Part shown: piece by piece, positions 1 to 9,325 of the stretch
Layout: each line of letters opens with the position of its first letter
Position numbering within the stretch: the first letter of the stretch is position 1
Source: an uncultured bacterium
GTDB taxonomy: Bacteria > Krumholzibacteriota > Krumholzibacteriia > Krumholzibacteriales > Krumholzibacteriaceae
Reading direction: 5' to 3'
NCBI GenBank assembly: GCA_963813815.1
Contig: CAWFAD010000016.1
Coordinates: 192,001-256,000 of the forward strand
DNA length: 64,000 bases
Notes under the pieces: model-generated
Seen by the model: only the letters and a program-made list of their open reading frames with translations
Databases searched by the model: none
What the model was told of the DNA's origin: nothing
Translations under genes and position numbers: made by a program

Positions 1-890
1 TATGCGTCAGCCGCGCGGTAGCTCTCGACGCGGAGCGGATCGGCGGCCCGGTGCTTGAGCGAGAGGGCCATGGCCGCGAGGTAGCTCGCCTCCGCGAGTC
101 CGGTGGGGCCGGGCGAGGAGAGCAGGTATTCGTCGGTCTCGCGCTTGACGAGATCCGATACGGAGCCCCATCCGGGCATGTAGAACGACGAGAGCCGGCT
201 CGACGCGCGCACCCGCTCGAGCCCGGCGTCGTACGACGAATCGCCTGCCTTCAACTTCTTCATGTTCGCGAGATAGCGCGCGGCGTGCTCCGTCTGGGAA
301 GAGAGATACTGGGCGTAGGTCCAAAACGAGCGGTTCGCCGCGAGCAGCCCGTCCTGCCGTTCCTTCCACTGAGCGAGGGACGCCTCGGAAGCGAAGGTGT
401 CGGAAGCGGCGTCGAACTCGGGAAGCCCGCGGGAGAGGAACGCCGTGTTTTTTTCGTAGTTCGCCTGCGCCCGCTCGACGAGGGCGCCGAAGCGGGTATC
501 GCCCCGGAGGGACTCGAGATCCGGATCCTCCTCGAGCATGGAGGGCTGGTCCAAGCCGCCCGCGATGGAGCGCTCGAGCGACCGGACGGCCTCGTCCGTC
601 CTGCCGGAGCGCGCATAGGCGCACGCGAGCGCGTACGGCGGGACCGTCGAGGAGGGCATCGCCTTTTCGACCTCGCTCAGCTTCGCGAGGGCGCTGTCGA
701 CGCCGGCGCTTTCGAGGAGCTTGAAGGCGTCGCCGAGGAGCTCGTTGACGCGCGTGAGCGTTTGCTCGTCATAGAACGGCGCCGCGGCCGGCCGGCCCGG
801 CTCTTTCCGGGCGCACGAAAGGGCCGCGAGCGAGAGCGCGAGGGCGAGGATGCCGAGGCGGAGGGGCGAAAGACGCGCGGACTGTTTCAT
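1..890 (-). CDS. TPR-like lipoprotein (3' end runs off the window)
   Basis: Manual translation from ATG 890: MKQSARLSPLRLGILALALSLAALSC (lipobox-like Cys), then YALACAYARSG..EAVRSL..G..EDPDLESLRGDTRF, a TPR-type motif. Open to the window edge, so absent from the ORF track. Confidence 0.75.
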   Translation of the reverse strand, partial: MKQSARLSPLRLGILALALSLAALSCARKEPGRPAAAPFYDEQTLTRVNELLGDAFKLLESAGVDSALAKLSEVEKAMPSSTVPPYALACAYARSGRTDEAVRSLERSIAGGLDQPSMLEEDPDLESLRGDTRFGALVERAQANYEKNTAFLSRGLPEFDAASDTFASEASLAQWKERQDGLLAANRSFWTYAQYLSSQTEHAARYLANMKKLKAGDSSYDAGLERVRASSRLSSFYMPGWGSVSDLVKRETDEYLLSSPGPTGLAEASYLAAMALSLKHRAADPLRVESYRAADA

Positions 891-1071
891 CGTTCACCTG
901 CTTCGAGTTGGGGCCGGCGAATGTCGAACAAAACCGCTGAACAGTATATGAGAAACTCCCCGTTCGTTCACCCGATTTTTCGGAGCGGTTCGGCAAGGCG
1001 AATCCGGATGCGCGCTCGGGCCATCTGTGATACCATGGTGCCCGAATGGTCGGCGGCGAACCGGACGAATC

Positions 1072-1497
1072 ATGATACAGACGGAGAACGGCATACGGAT
1101 CGGCGACTCGGAGCTCGTCTTCGAGTTCATTCGTGCGTCGGGGCCCGGCGGTCAGAACGTGAACAAGGTCGCGACCGCGGTCCGCTTGCGGTTCAACGCG
1201 CTCGGTTCGACCTCCCTGCCGGCGGACGTTCGCCGCAGGCTCCTCGCGCTCGCGGGGCGGCGGGCGGGAGCGGACGGCGTGATCACGATCCGGGCGGAGC
1301 GGCACCGGACGCAGGAGGCGAACCGTCGCGACGCCGTCGAGCGGCTCGCCGAGCTCGTGCGCCGTGCCGCCGTGCCGCCGAAGAGGCGGCGGGAGACGAG
1401 GCCCACCGTCTCGTCGCGGGAGCGGAGGCTCGAATCGAAGCGCCGTCGCGCGCGGGAGAAACGCGGCCGCGGTCGCCCCGAGCCCGAGGGCGACTGA
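1072..1497 (+). CDS. arfB: alternative ribosome rescue peptidyl-tRNA hydrolase ArfB (YaeJ)
   Basis: RASGPGGQNVNKVATAV (GGQ motif), RTQEANR and a basic C-terminal tail RRLESKRRR; ATG 1072. Confidence 0.93.
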   Translation: MIQTENGIRIGDSELVFEFIRASGPGGQNVNKVATAVRLRFNALGSTSLPADVRRRLLALAGRRAGADGVITIRAERHRTQEANRRDAVERLAELVRRAAVPPKRRRETRPTVSSRERRLESKRRRAREKRGRGRPEPEGD

Positions 1498-1531
1498 TTC
1501 AAGGGTAGCGGGCTGAACGGAGGGTGGAGGA

Positions 1532-2338
1532 ATGCGCGGAGCGAAATTGCTTTTCGCGGCGCTCGCGATCGCCTCGTGCGCGCGGGCGGCCGAGGCCGGG
1601 GACGGATCGAAAATCTACCTGCGGCTTGACGTCGGCGGCAGCATGCATCCGAGCGACCAGAATCTCGAGACGGCCTACTATACGACCGGCCCGGACTATG
1701 ACATCTTCACCGACCGGCAGACGCAGATGCTGTATCATTTCGATCAAAAGTTCGGAGCGTCGATTGCGGGCGCGGTGGGCTACCGCCTGACGAATACACT
1801 CGCATGCGAATGCGCCCTCGGCTACACGGGCTACTTCATCAACGAGATCAATCAGGACAGCCGCCACACCTGTCTGCAAGACGAATCGATCGACCATCCC
1901 GACGCGGAATGCGCCGATTTCAGCTCGATCGTCATCCGCCCGGCGCTGAAATTCAAACCCGCCTCGCAGGGGAAGATAGCCTTATATATCTCGGCCGGCG
2001 CTGACGTAGCGATTCTCTCGGCCTCCGGCGAGCTGGCTTTCGAGGCGCCCGGAACCTCGATCGAACTGGCGGCGCCGGAGGTGGTCCCGCTCGAATTCGA
2101 CGGCTCCGATGTGGTGCTCGGGCTCGATATCGAAAGCGGGATCGAGTTCGCGCTCTCGCCCACCGTGGCGCTGCACGTCGGCGCTTCATATATCGCCATG
2201 CAGAAGGCGTTCGAGGACTTCCACGAGATCGTCGTCGATGCGGATCTCGCCGACGAGCTCGAGGGCATCGGTTACTCGTTCGACGGGATGAGCTTTTCGG
2301 GTTTGCGGGCGGTTGCGGGCGTGATATGGTATCCATGA
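1532..2338 (+). CDS. outer-membrane beta-barrel protein
   Basis: Signal peptide, amphipathic beta strands, C-terminal RAVAGVIWYP. Confidence 0.65.
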   Translation: MRGAKLLFAALAIASCARAAEAGDGSKIYLRLDVGGSMHPSDQNLETAYYTTGPDYDIFTDRQTQMLYHFDQKFGASIAGAVGYRLTNTLACECALGYTGYFINEINQDSRHTCLQDESIDHPDAECADFSSIVIRPALKFKPASQGKIALYISAGADVAILSASGELAFEAPGTSIELAAPEVVPLEFDGSDVVLGLDIESGIEFALSPTVALHVGASYIAMQKAFEDFHEIVVDADLADELEGIGYSFDGMSFSGLRAVAGVIWYP

Positions 2339-2342
2339 GAAC

Positions 2343-2885
2343 ATGAGAAAAGCGCGAACGAGCATAACCGCTCTCATCGGAGCGCTCTGCGTCGCGGCCG
2401 GCTGCGGCACGGACGTGCCCGAAGGCCTCGAGCCCGTCACGGGCTTCGAGCTCGAGCGCTATCTCGGCTCGTGGTACGAGATCGCGCGGCTCGATCACAG
2501 CTTCGAGCGGGGTCTCGCGAACGTGACGGCGGAGTACTCCCTGCGCGAAGACGGCGGCGTAACCGTGCTGAACAAGGGGTACGACGGCGCCCGGCTGAAA
2601 TGGAAGGAAGCCCGCGGCCGAGCGAAGTTCATCGGCGATCCGTCGACGGGCAGTCTCAAAGTCTCGTTCTTCGGCCCCTTCTGGGGCGGCTACCACATTA
2701 TCGCTCTCGACGCCGAAGGGTACCGCTGGGCGATGGTGGCCGGCCCGAGCCGGTCGTACCTCTGGATTCTCTCGCGCGAGCCTTCTCTCGATCCCGCCGT
2801 TGCCGCGGACCTCGTGGAGAAGGCCCGGCGTTGGGGATTCGAGACCGGCAAGCTCATATTCGTCGAGCACACGGCGAATCGATGA
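2343..2885 (+). CDS. blc: bacterial lipocalin (Blc family lipoprotein)
   Basis: Lipobox AAGC, RYLGSWYEIARLDHSFERG, LKVSFFGPFWGGY, YLWILSR. Confidence 0.93.
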   Translation: MRKARTSITALIGALCVAAGCGTDVPEGLEPVTGFELERYLGSWYEIARLDHSFERGLANVTAEYSLREDGGVTVLNKGYDGARLKWKEARGRAKFIGDPSTGSLKVSFFGPFWGGYHIIALDAEGYRWAMVAGPSRSYLWILSREPSLDPAVAADLVEKARRWGFETGKLIFVEHTANR

Positions 2886-2910
2886 CCCGACATCCTCGAG
2901 GAGGAACACC

Positions 2911-3378
2911 GTGATGGTAATGGCGATTCTCCTTGCCGCGGCCGCCGTCGTTCTGCTCGCGTTCGGTTTTCTGAAAAAGCAGTATGAACCCGTCCTCCTC
3001 GCCCGGCGCGCGAGATGGTGGCTGCGCGCCGCGCTCATTCTCATGGCGGCCTTCGCCGGATTCTGGGCATTCTTCGGCGTCGGCGAGATGATTGGCGGAG
3101 ACACGAGCGGCGTCATGCATCTCGTCCCCTCGGCGATCATCGTTCTGCTCATGCTCGCCGCGAGACGCCGCCCGTTCGAGGGCGGGATCGTCCTCATGGT
3201 GATCGGAACGCTCGTCACCATAGCCGCGTTCGGCGCGCACCGCGGAGGCTGGCCCCAGTACATCATGGTGGCGCTCATCACGGGGGTTCCGCTGCTCGCG
3301 GCCGGCATTCTCCTTCTCGTGGCGACGGCGTCGGGGGCGAAGCGCGCCGGCCGGCCCGCCGACCCGCCCGGAGCATGA
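2911..3378 (+). CDS. hypothetical multi-pass membrane protein
   Basis: SD GAGGAGG before GTG 2911/ATG 2914; about 5 hydrophobic segments; stop overlaps the next start (ATGA). Confidence 0.7.
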   Translation: MMVMAILLAAAAVVLLAFGFLKKQYEPVLLARRARWWLRAALILMAAFAGFWAFFGVGEMIGGDTSGVMHLVPSAIIVLLMLAARRRPFEGGIVLMVIGTLVTIAAFGAHRGGWPQYIMVALITGVPLLAAGILLLVATASGAKRAGRPADPPGA

Positions 3379-4070
3379 GCTCGAGCTACTACGCGAAACG
3401 GCTCGCCGGAGAGCGGCTGCGGGCGGTATACGAAATCGCCCCGCCGCGTGTGCGGCGCTATCTCGAGGCCGAAATCGATTTCGTCGTCGCGAGCATGAGC
3501 GCGGGGGAGAAGGCCCTCGAGCTCGGGTGTGGATACGGCCGCGTGCTCGCGCGGCTCGCCGGCAAGGCGCGGCTCGCCGTCGGCATCGATACGGCTGTCG
3601 AGAGCCTCGCTCTCGGACGGAGGCTCGCGCCGCCGGAGCTCGCGTGCGAATTTGTCGCGATGGACGCCCTCGAGACGGGATTTCGCGACGGGGAGTTCGA
3701 TCTCGTGGCGTGCGTGCAGAACGGAATCGCCGCGTTCGGCGTCGATCAGGAGCGTCTCGTGCGCGAGGCGCTCCGCGTGACGAAGCCCGGAGGGCTGGCC
3801 CTCTTCTCCACCTATAACGCGCATTTCTGGCCCGAGCGGCTCGCATGGTTCGAGGCGCAGGCGCGCGCGGGGCTCATCGGCCCGATCGATTACGGGCGCA
3901 CCGGCGGAGGAGTCGTCGTCTGCGAGGACGGGTTTCGCGCGGGAATGCTCGGCCCCGGCGAGCTTCGGGCGCTGTGCGCACGCGCGGGGGGCAGGCCGCG
4001 GATCGTCGAAGTGGACGATTCGAGCGTGTTCTGCTCGGTCGGGCGCGAGGCCCGGGAGAGGACGGCATGA
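3375..4070 (+). CDS. class I SAM-dependent methyltransferase
   Basis: ALELGCGYGR motif I, FDLV, RVTKPGG. Confidence 0.85.
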   Translation: MSSSYYAKRLAGERLRAVYEIAPPRVRRYLEAEIDFVVASMSAGEKALELGCGYGRVLARLAGKARLAVGIDTAVESLALGRRLAPPELACEFVAMDALETGFRDGEFDLVACVQNGIAAFGVDQERLVREALRVTKPGGLALFSTYNAHFWPERLAWFEAQARAGLIGPIDYGRTGGGVVVCEDGFRAGMLGPGELRALCARAGGRPRIVEVDDSSVFCSVGREARERTA

Positions 4071-5446
4071 GCGCAAAGGGCCGCGCGAAGATCTCGTACG
4101 CCTCGACGGTGGGGTATCCGGCGGCGTATCCCGGCCGCTGCGGCGAGACGCTCGACGCCGCGCTCCGCTCGGCGAGCGCCTACGAGGCGTGGCGCGCGCT
4201 CGATCCGGGGCCGCGGGCGGACGTCTTCGCGCGCTACGCGGCGATGCCCGCCCTCACGAAGAGCGATCTCCGCGAGCGCTCGGCGCGCGCCTTCGTGCCC
4301 GGTGCCCGGAACGTCGACGCCGCGCTCGCCGCGGGAGAGATCGAGCTCGTCGCGACGAGCGGATCGACGGGGGACCGGGTCACGAACATCTGGCACCAGC
4401 AATGGTGGGACGCCTCGGAGTCCGCGTCCTGGGAGCTCAACGCGCACGCGCGCTCGGCCGCGGCCGGCGATCATCGCGAAGCGATTCTCACGAGCCCCTG
4501 GTGCGCGGGGGTGCCGTGCGAGAACGGCTACCTCCTGCGCGAGCACCGCACCCTCGGACGATTTCTCTATCTCACCGAGCGGAGCGACCCGAGCACCTGG
4601 AGCGCGGCGCTCATGGACCGCATGATCGAGGAGCTGAACGCGTTCGCCCCCGTCATCCTCGAGGCCAATCCGTCGTTTCTCGCGCGCCTGTCCCGCCACA
4701 TCGTCGCGAGCGGACGCGCCGTTCGCTCGCCTTCGTTCATCGTTCTCACGTACGAGTATCCCTCGAAGGTCCACTACCGGTCGATCGCGCGCGCGTTCGA
4801 CGCTCCGATCGCGAGCTCGTACGGCTCGACGGAGACGGGGTACGTGTTCATGGAATGCGAGGCGGGGAGCCTGCATCAGGTGACGGATTCGTGCCACGTC
4901 GATTACCTCCCGTTCGCGGCGGGGCACGGTGGGCCCGAGACGGGACTCATCCTCGTCACGACCTTCGGAAATCCGTGGCGCTCGCTCATCCGCTTCGACG
5001 TCGGCGACGTCGCGCTGCTGGGGAGCGGGGAAAGGTGCCCCTGCGGGCGCGCCGCGGGGCTCACGCTGCGCTCGATCGAGGGCCGGACCGTGAATCTCAC
5101 GCTCGCGGAGGACGGACGGGCGGTGACGCAGGGAGCGGTGGACCGCGCTCTCGCGGACATTCCGGGGCTCGCCGAGTATCAGGTGGCGCAGCGGGGGCCG
5201 GCGGAGTATCTCGCCCGTTTCGTCGCCGAGGAGGCGCGGCCGCGCGCCGTCGGAGCCGCCGTGCGCGAGGCTCTCCGTTCGCTCTACGGCGCGTCCGCCG
5301 AAATCCATACGGAGAGCGTCGAGGCGATCGCCCCCGATCCGCCCGGAAAATACCGGCTGGCGAGGGCGCACGAACCGATCGAGGTCGATTCCCTGCTCGA
5401 CGCCCGCTATGCGCCGAGCAGGCCCGGGGAGGCTCTCGATGAGTGA
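4067..5446 (+). CDS. phenylacetate-CoA ligase / CapK-like adenylate-forming enzyme
   Basis: ATSGSTG P-loop, SYGSTETG, LIRFDVGD, IEGR, terminal GKYR. Confidence 0.85.
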   Translation: MSAKGRAKISYASTVGYPAAYPGRCGETLDAALRSASAYEAWRALDPGPRADVFARYAAMPALTKSDLRERSARAFVPGARNVDAALAAGEIELVATSGSTGDRVTNIWHQQWWDASESASWELNAHARSAAAGDHREAILTSPWCAGVPCENGYLLREHRTLGRFLYLTERSDPSTWSAALMDRMIEELNAFAPVILEANPSFLARLSRHIVASGRAVRSPSFIVLTYEYPSKVHYRSIARAFDAPIASSYGSTETGYVFMECEAGSLHQVTDSCHVDYLPFAAGHGGPETGLILVTTFGNPWRSLIRFDVGDVALLGSGERCPCGRAAGLTLRSIEGRTVNLTLAEDGRAVTQGAVDRALADIPGLAEYQVAQRGPAEYLARFVAEEARPRAVGAAVREALRSLYGASAEIHTESVEAIAPDPPGKYRLARAHEPIEVDSLLDARYAPSRPGEALDE

Positions 5447-6152
5447 TCTCTCGCGTCCGGCCCCCGTGTATCTTCTCGCCGGCGGGCCCGGCAGGCGCCT
5501 CGGGCGAGATCCCGTTCTCTCGCGCGCGATCGAGAGCTCCCGCGTCGAGCGGCCGTCGATAGCCTATATCGGCGCGGCGAGCGGGGACAGCAAACCATTT
5601 TTCGAGATGCTCGCCGCGTATCTCGTCCGCTGCGGAGCGGGACGGGTCGAGCTCGCCGCGACGGCCTCGGGCCGCGCGAAGATCGAGAGGACGAGGGCGC
5701 TTCTCGAGGCCTCGGACATGATCCTCATGAGCGGCGGCGACGTCGAAGAGGGAATGGCCGTTCTCGAGGAGAGGGGCCTGACGGAGTATCTCCGCGGGCT
5801 CCACGCACGCGGCAAACCCTTCTTCGGCATATCGGCGGGGAGCATCATGCTCGCGCGGCAATGGATCCGCTGGGCGGACGAAGACGACGACTCGACGGCG
5901 AGCCTTTTCCCGTGCCTCGGGATCGCGCCGGTCAACTGCGACACGCACGGCGAGGAGGAGGGATGGGAGGAGCTTCGGGTGCTGCTCCGCCTCTGCCCCG
6001 AGGGCGCCCTCGGATACGGCATCCCCTCGGGGGCCGCGCTCGGCGTGTATCCGGACGGCGCCGTCGAGGCCGTCGGGGCGCCCGTCGGCCGCTTCGCGGC
6101 GCGGGATGGCGAGGCGCGCGACGACGGCGAGGTCCGTCCCGCGTCGCGATAG
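5439..6152 (+). CDS. peptidase S51 family (peptidase E / cyanophycinase-like)
   Basis: YIGAASGD, MSGGD, GISAGS nucleophile elbow, DTH. Confidence 0.8.
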   Translation: MSDLSRPAPVYLLAGGPGRRLGRDPVLSRAIESSRVERPSIAYIGAASGDSKPFFEMLAAYLVRCGAGRVELAATASGRAKIERTRALLEASDMILMSGGDVEEGMAVLEERGLTEYLRGLHARGKPFFGISAGSIMLARQWIRWADEDDDSTASLFPCLGIAPVNCDTHGEEEGWEELRVLLRLCPEGALGYGIPSGAALGVYPDGAVEAVGAPVGRFAARDGEARDDGEVRPASR

Positions 6153-6259
6153 AAGCCCTCGTCGCGCCTCGAATGCCCTTGCGGGCATCCCCTGCCGCTG
6201 TGGTACGATGCGGCCTGCTGCATGGCCGATCCGGCCGTCGAACCGAGAGGAGATTGTCG

Positions 6260-6583
6260 ATGCAATACACCTTCCACGATCTCAAGGCGAAGTCGCTCGC
6301 CGAGCTGAGGGAAATCGCGAAGGGGATCGAGAGCGAAGCGGTCAAGGGATTCACGCAGATGAACAAGGAACATGTCATCCGGGCCGTCTGCGCCGCGCTC
6401 AAGATCGACACGCACGAGCATCACCACGTCGTCGGGATCGACAAGCGGAGCATCAAGACGAGCATTCAGGCCCTGAAAAAGGAGCGGGACGAGCTCATGG
6501 GCACCGGCGACGCGAAACGCATAAAGGCGATTCGGGCCAAGATAACGAAGCTCAAGCACCGTCTCCGGAAGGCGACGGTCTGA
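6260..6583 (+). CDS. small protein: Rho-N-terminal-like helical domain plus basic coiled coil
   Basis: SD GAGAGGAG; LKAKSLAELREIAKG..MNKEHVI resembles the N-terminus of the Rho in this window; HEHHH linker; Lys/Arg-rich tail. Confidence 0.7.
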   Translation: MQYTFHDLKAKSLAELREIAKGIESEAVKGFTQMNKEHVIRAVCAALKIDTHEHHHVVGIDKRSIKTSIQALKKERDELMGTGDAKRIKAIRAKITKLKHRLRKATV

Positions 6584-6684
6584 GAACGAACGCGGCGCGT
6601 CCGCGAGCCGAAAACGGCGATTGCGGGGGAACGGAGTGCCCCCGGACGCTCCCGCGGCGTCATCACACCGAAGGAGGATCTGTC

Positions 6685-7185
6685 ATGCGCAAACGCATCC
6701 TGACCGCGTTGACGCTCGTCGCCGTATGCGCGACGATGTTTCTCGCGCCGTCGCGCGTGCTCTCCCAGGAGCTCGTGCGCGAGCGGCTGCGGAGCGACAT
6801 CGGCATCGAGCTTCTCGGCAAGGGGATCTTCTACAGCTTCTACTATCAGTACATGGCGAACAAAGCGCTCGGCCTCGAGGCGGGGCTCGGCGTCCTCGGC
6901 GGCGGAACGGCCGAAGACAACGTCACGGTCGCGGTCTTCCCGCTCGGCGCGAAGCTCTACCTCATTCCGAAAGACGGCTCGCTCTTCCTCGCCGGAGGCG
7001 TGACGATTGTGACCGCGGGAGTCGACTCGGGACCGTTCGACGAGAGCGACAGCTTCGGCTACGCGGGGCTCGGGTTCGAGTTTCGCGCCGACAACGGTTT
7101 CCTCTTCCGCGGCACCGCGTACGGGCTCCTGAGCAGCGGCGGATTCTTCATCTGGCCGGGGCTCACGGTCGGATACGCCTTCTGA
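6685..7185 (+). CDS. small outer-membrane beta-barrel protein
   Basis: SD AAGGAGG, signal peptide, C-terminal GLTVGYAF (terminal Phe beta-signal). Confidence 0.75.
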   Translation: MRKRILTALTLVAVCATMFLAPSRVLSQELVRERLRSDIGIELLGKGIFYSFYYQYMANKALGLEAGLGVLGGGTAEDNVTVAVFPLGAKLYLIPKDGSLFLAGGVTIVTAGVDSGPFDESDSFGYAGLGFEFRADNGFLFRGTAYGLLSSGGFFIWPGLTVGYAF

Positions 7186-7193
7186 CGACGGCG

Positions 7194-7679
7194 ATGAAAG
7201 CGACATTCGCGATCATGCTGGCGGCCGCATCCATTCTCGGATGCGCGCCGGAACGCCCGGCGGTCGACCCGGCCGCGGAAACGGCGCGGATCGAGCGGGT
7301 CATCCGCGCGTCGATCGAATGGGCGCTCGACAAGGACAAGGCCCTTCTCTACGAATCGCTCGCGCAGGATTCCTCGCTCTTCATCTTTCATCCCGATTCG
7401 GCGTCGACGATCGTCGGATTCGAGTCGTTCGCCGCGCTCGTCGACCGCGTCTTCATGAGCGAGGATTTCAAGGCGACGCGCAGCGAGATCAAGAATCTCC
7501 GCGTCGACCTCTCGCGCTCGGGGGACGTCGCGTGGTATTCGTGCCTGCTCGACGATTTCGGCGAATGGCGCGGCGAGCCGACCGGCTGGGCCAACGCCCG
7601 GTGGACGGGCGTGCTCGAGAAGCGCGGCGGCCGTTGGGTCATCGTCCAGATGCACTTTTCGCTGGCGAGCGACGACTGA
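7194..7679 (+). CDS. SnoaL/NTF2-like fold lipoprotein
   Basis: Lipobox ILGC; GDVAW, RWTGVLEKRGGRWVIVQMHFS typical of SnoaL-like proteins. Confidence 0.8.
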   Translation: MKATFAIMLAAASILGCAPERPAVDPAAETARIERVIRASIEWALDKDKALLYESLAQDSSLFIFHPDSASTIVGFESFAALVDRVFMSEDFKATRSEIKNLRVDLSRSGDVAWYSCLLDDFGEWRGEPTGWANARWTGVLEKRGGRWVIVQMHFSLASDD

Positions 7680-7680
7680 T

Positions 7681-8859
7681 ATGGACGACGCGCGGCCCAA
7701 TCCATGGCTCTCGATCCCCGCGGGGGACTACGAGGGCCATATGGCGAGCCCGAACGTGCGGCAGCTCCAGCACCTGAGCCGCGTGTTCGGCGAGCTCCTG
7801 CGCGAATTCGATCCCCAGTCCGTCGCCGTCATCGGCGCGGGGGCGGGGAACGGGCTCGAGCACGTCGATCCGCGCCGCGTCAAGCGGGTCGTCGGCGTCG
7901 ACATCAATCCGAGCTATCTCGATCTCGCGCGCTCGCGGCACGGCGCGCGCCTCCCGGGGCTCGAGCTCGTATGCGCCGACGCCGCCTCGTGCGAGCTTCC
8001 GGAGGCGTCGTTCGACCTCGTGTACGCCGCGCTCATTTTCGAGTACGTCGATCCGGCCGTTCTCGCCGGAAAGATCGCCGGCTGGCTCGGGCCGCGCGGC
8101 GCGGCCGCGGCGCTGCTGCAGCTTCCGTCGCCGTGCGGCAGGGTATCGGAGACGCCCTACCTGAGCGTGAGATTGCTCGAACCTTTCATTCATCTCGTGG
8201 AGCCTTCGACGCTCCGGGCGCTCTTCGCCGCGCGCGGGCTCCGGGAAATCCGCTCCGGCACGGAGACGCTCGAGGGGGGCAAGGGTTTTTACCTCGGCGT
8301 GTTCCGCCGCGCGGACGCCGGCGGCCGAGCGACCCGCGATACCGTCGAGCGGATCCATGATGACGTGGACGGGGAGGTCCGCCGCCTCGCCGGCGCGCAC
8401 GGCGGGCGCATCCGGTGCGGCCCGGGATGCAGCTCGTGCTGCGTCGACGGCATCACGGTGTTCCCGATCGAGGCCGAGCGCATCCGGCTGCGACACGGGG
8501 CGCTGCTCGCCGGGGGCGAGCCTCATCCTCCCGGCGCGTGCGCGTTTCTCGACGGCGAGGGCCGCTGCCGCGTCTACGAGGATCGTCCCTACGTGTGCCG
8601 CACGCAGGGATTGCCCCTGCGGTGGACCGAGGATGGCGGCGTCGGCGAGATCGAGCTGCGCGACATCTGTCCGCTCAACGACGAAGGGACTCCCGTGGAG
8701 GATCTGGCGAGCGGAGACTGCTGGACGATCGGTCCGTTCGAGGAACGCCTCGCGCTCGCCGAAATCGCCCGGGGAGGCGGGCGCGATCGCGTTCCGCTCC
8801 GGGCGCTGTTCGAGAACCCGGCCCGCCGGGCAGGGGGGGATGATGAGACGAACCGATAA
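7681..8859 (+). CDS. fusion of a class I methyltransferase and a YkgJ/UPF0153 (CxxCxxCC-type) cysteine-cluster domain
   Basis: N-terminal NPWLSIPAGDYEGHM and VIGAGAGNG, GVDIN; C-terminal CGPGCSSCC...CAFLDGEGRCRVYEDRPYVCR...CPLN. Confidence 0.75.
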   Translation: MDDARPNPWLSIPAGDYEGHMASPNVRQLQHLSRVFGELLREFDPQSVAVIGAGAGNGLEHVDPRRVKRVVGVDINPSYLDLARSRHGARLPGLELVCADAASCELPEASFDLVYAALIFEYVDPAVLAGKIAGWLGPRGAAAALLQLPSPCGRVSETPYLSVRLLEPFIHLVEPSTLRALFAARGLREIRSGTETLEGGKGFYLGVFRRADAGGRATRDTVERIHDDVDGEVRRLAGAHGGRIRCGPGCSSCCVDGITVFPIEAERIRLRHGALLAGGEPHPPGACAFLDGEGRCRVYEDRPYVCRTQGLPLRWTEDGGVGEIELRDICPLNDEGTPVEDLASGDCWTIGPFEERLALAEIARGGGRDRVPLRALFENPARRAGGDDETNR

Positions 8860-9325
8860 GGAAATCCGCGACCGGTCCGGCATCGACGCCGTGATCGCGG
8901 AGTCGCGCGTGTGCCGTCTCGGCCTCTCGGACGGCGGCGAGCCGTACGTCGTGCCGCTCTGCTTCGGACGGGACGGCGATACGATCTACTTCCATGGAGA
9001 CGCGGAGGGCCGCAAGCTCGACATCCTCCGCCGCAACGACCGCGTGTGCGTCGAGTTCGACGTCGTGGACGGCATGCGGGAGTCGCCGAGCGCCTGCGCG
9101 TGGAGCATCATTTACCGCAGCGTGATCGCGTTCGGCCGGGCGCGGATCGTCGAGGATCCGGCGGAAAAGCGCCGTGCCCTCGGCGCGCTCATGGCCCAGT
9201 ATTCGGGGGCCGCGCACGACTTTCCCGACGAGGCGGTGCTGCGGACGACGATCGTCGCCGTGACGATCGAGCGCGTGAGCGGCAAGCGGTCCGGCGGGGA
9301 CGCGGCGAAAGGATCCGGGGAATGA
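8843..9325 (+). CDS. pyridoxamine 5'-phosphate oxidase-like flavin-binding protein (NimA-like)
   Basis: MRRTDKEI, PYVVPL, YFH, GRKLDIL, YRSVIAFG. Confidence 0.88.
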   Translation: MRRTDKEIRDRSGIDAVIAESRVCRLGLSDGGEPYVVPLCFGRDGDTIYFHGDAEGRKLDILRRNDRVCVEFDVVDGMRESPSACAWSIIYRSVIAFGRARIVEDPAEKRRALGALMAQYSGAAHDFPDEAVLRTTIVAVTIERVSGKRSGGDAAKGSGE

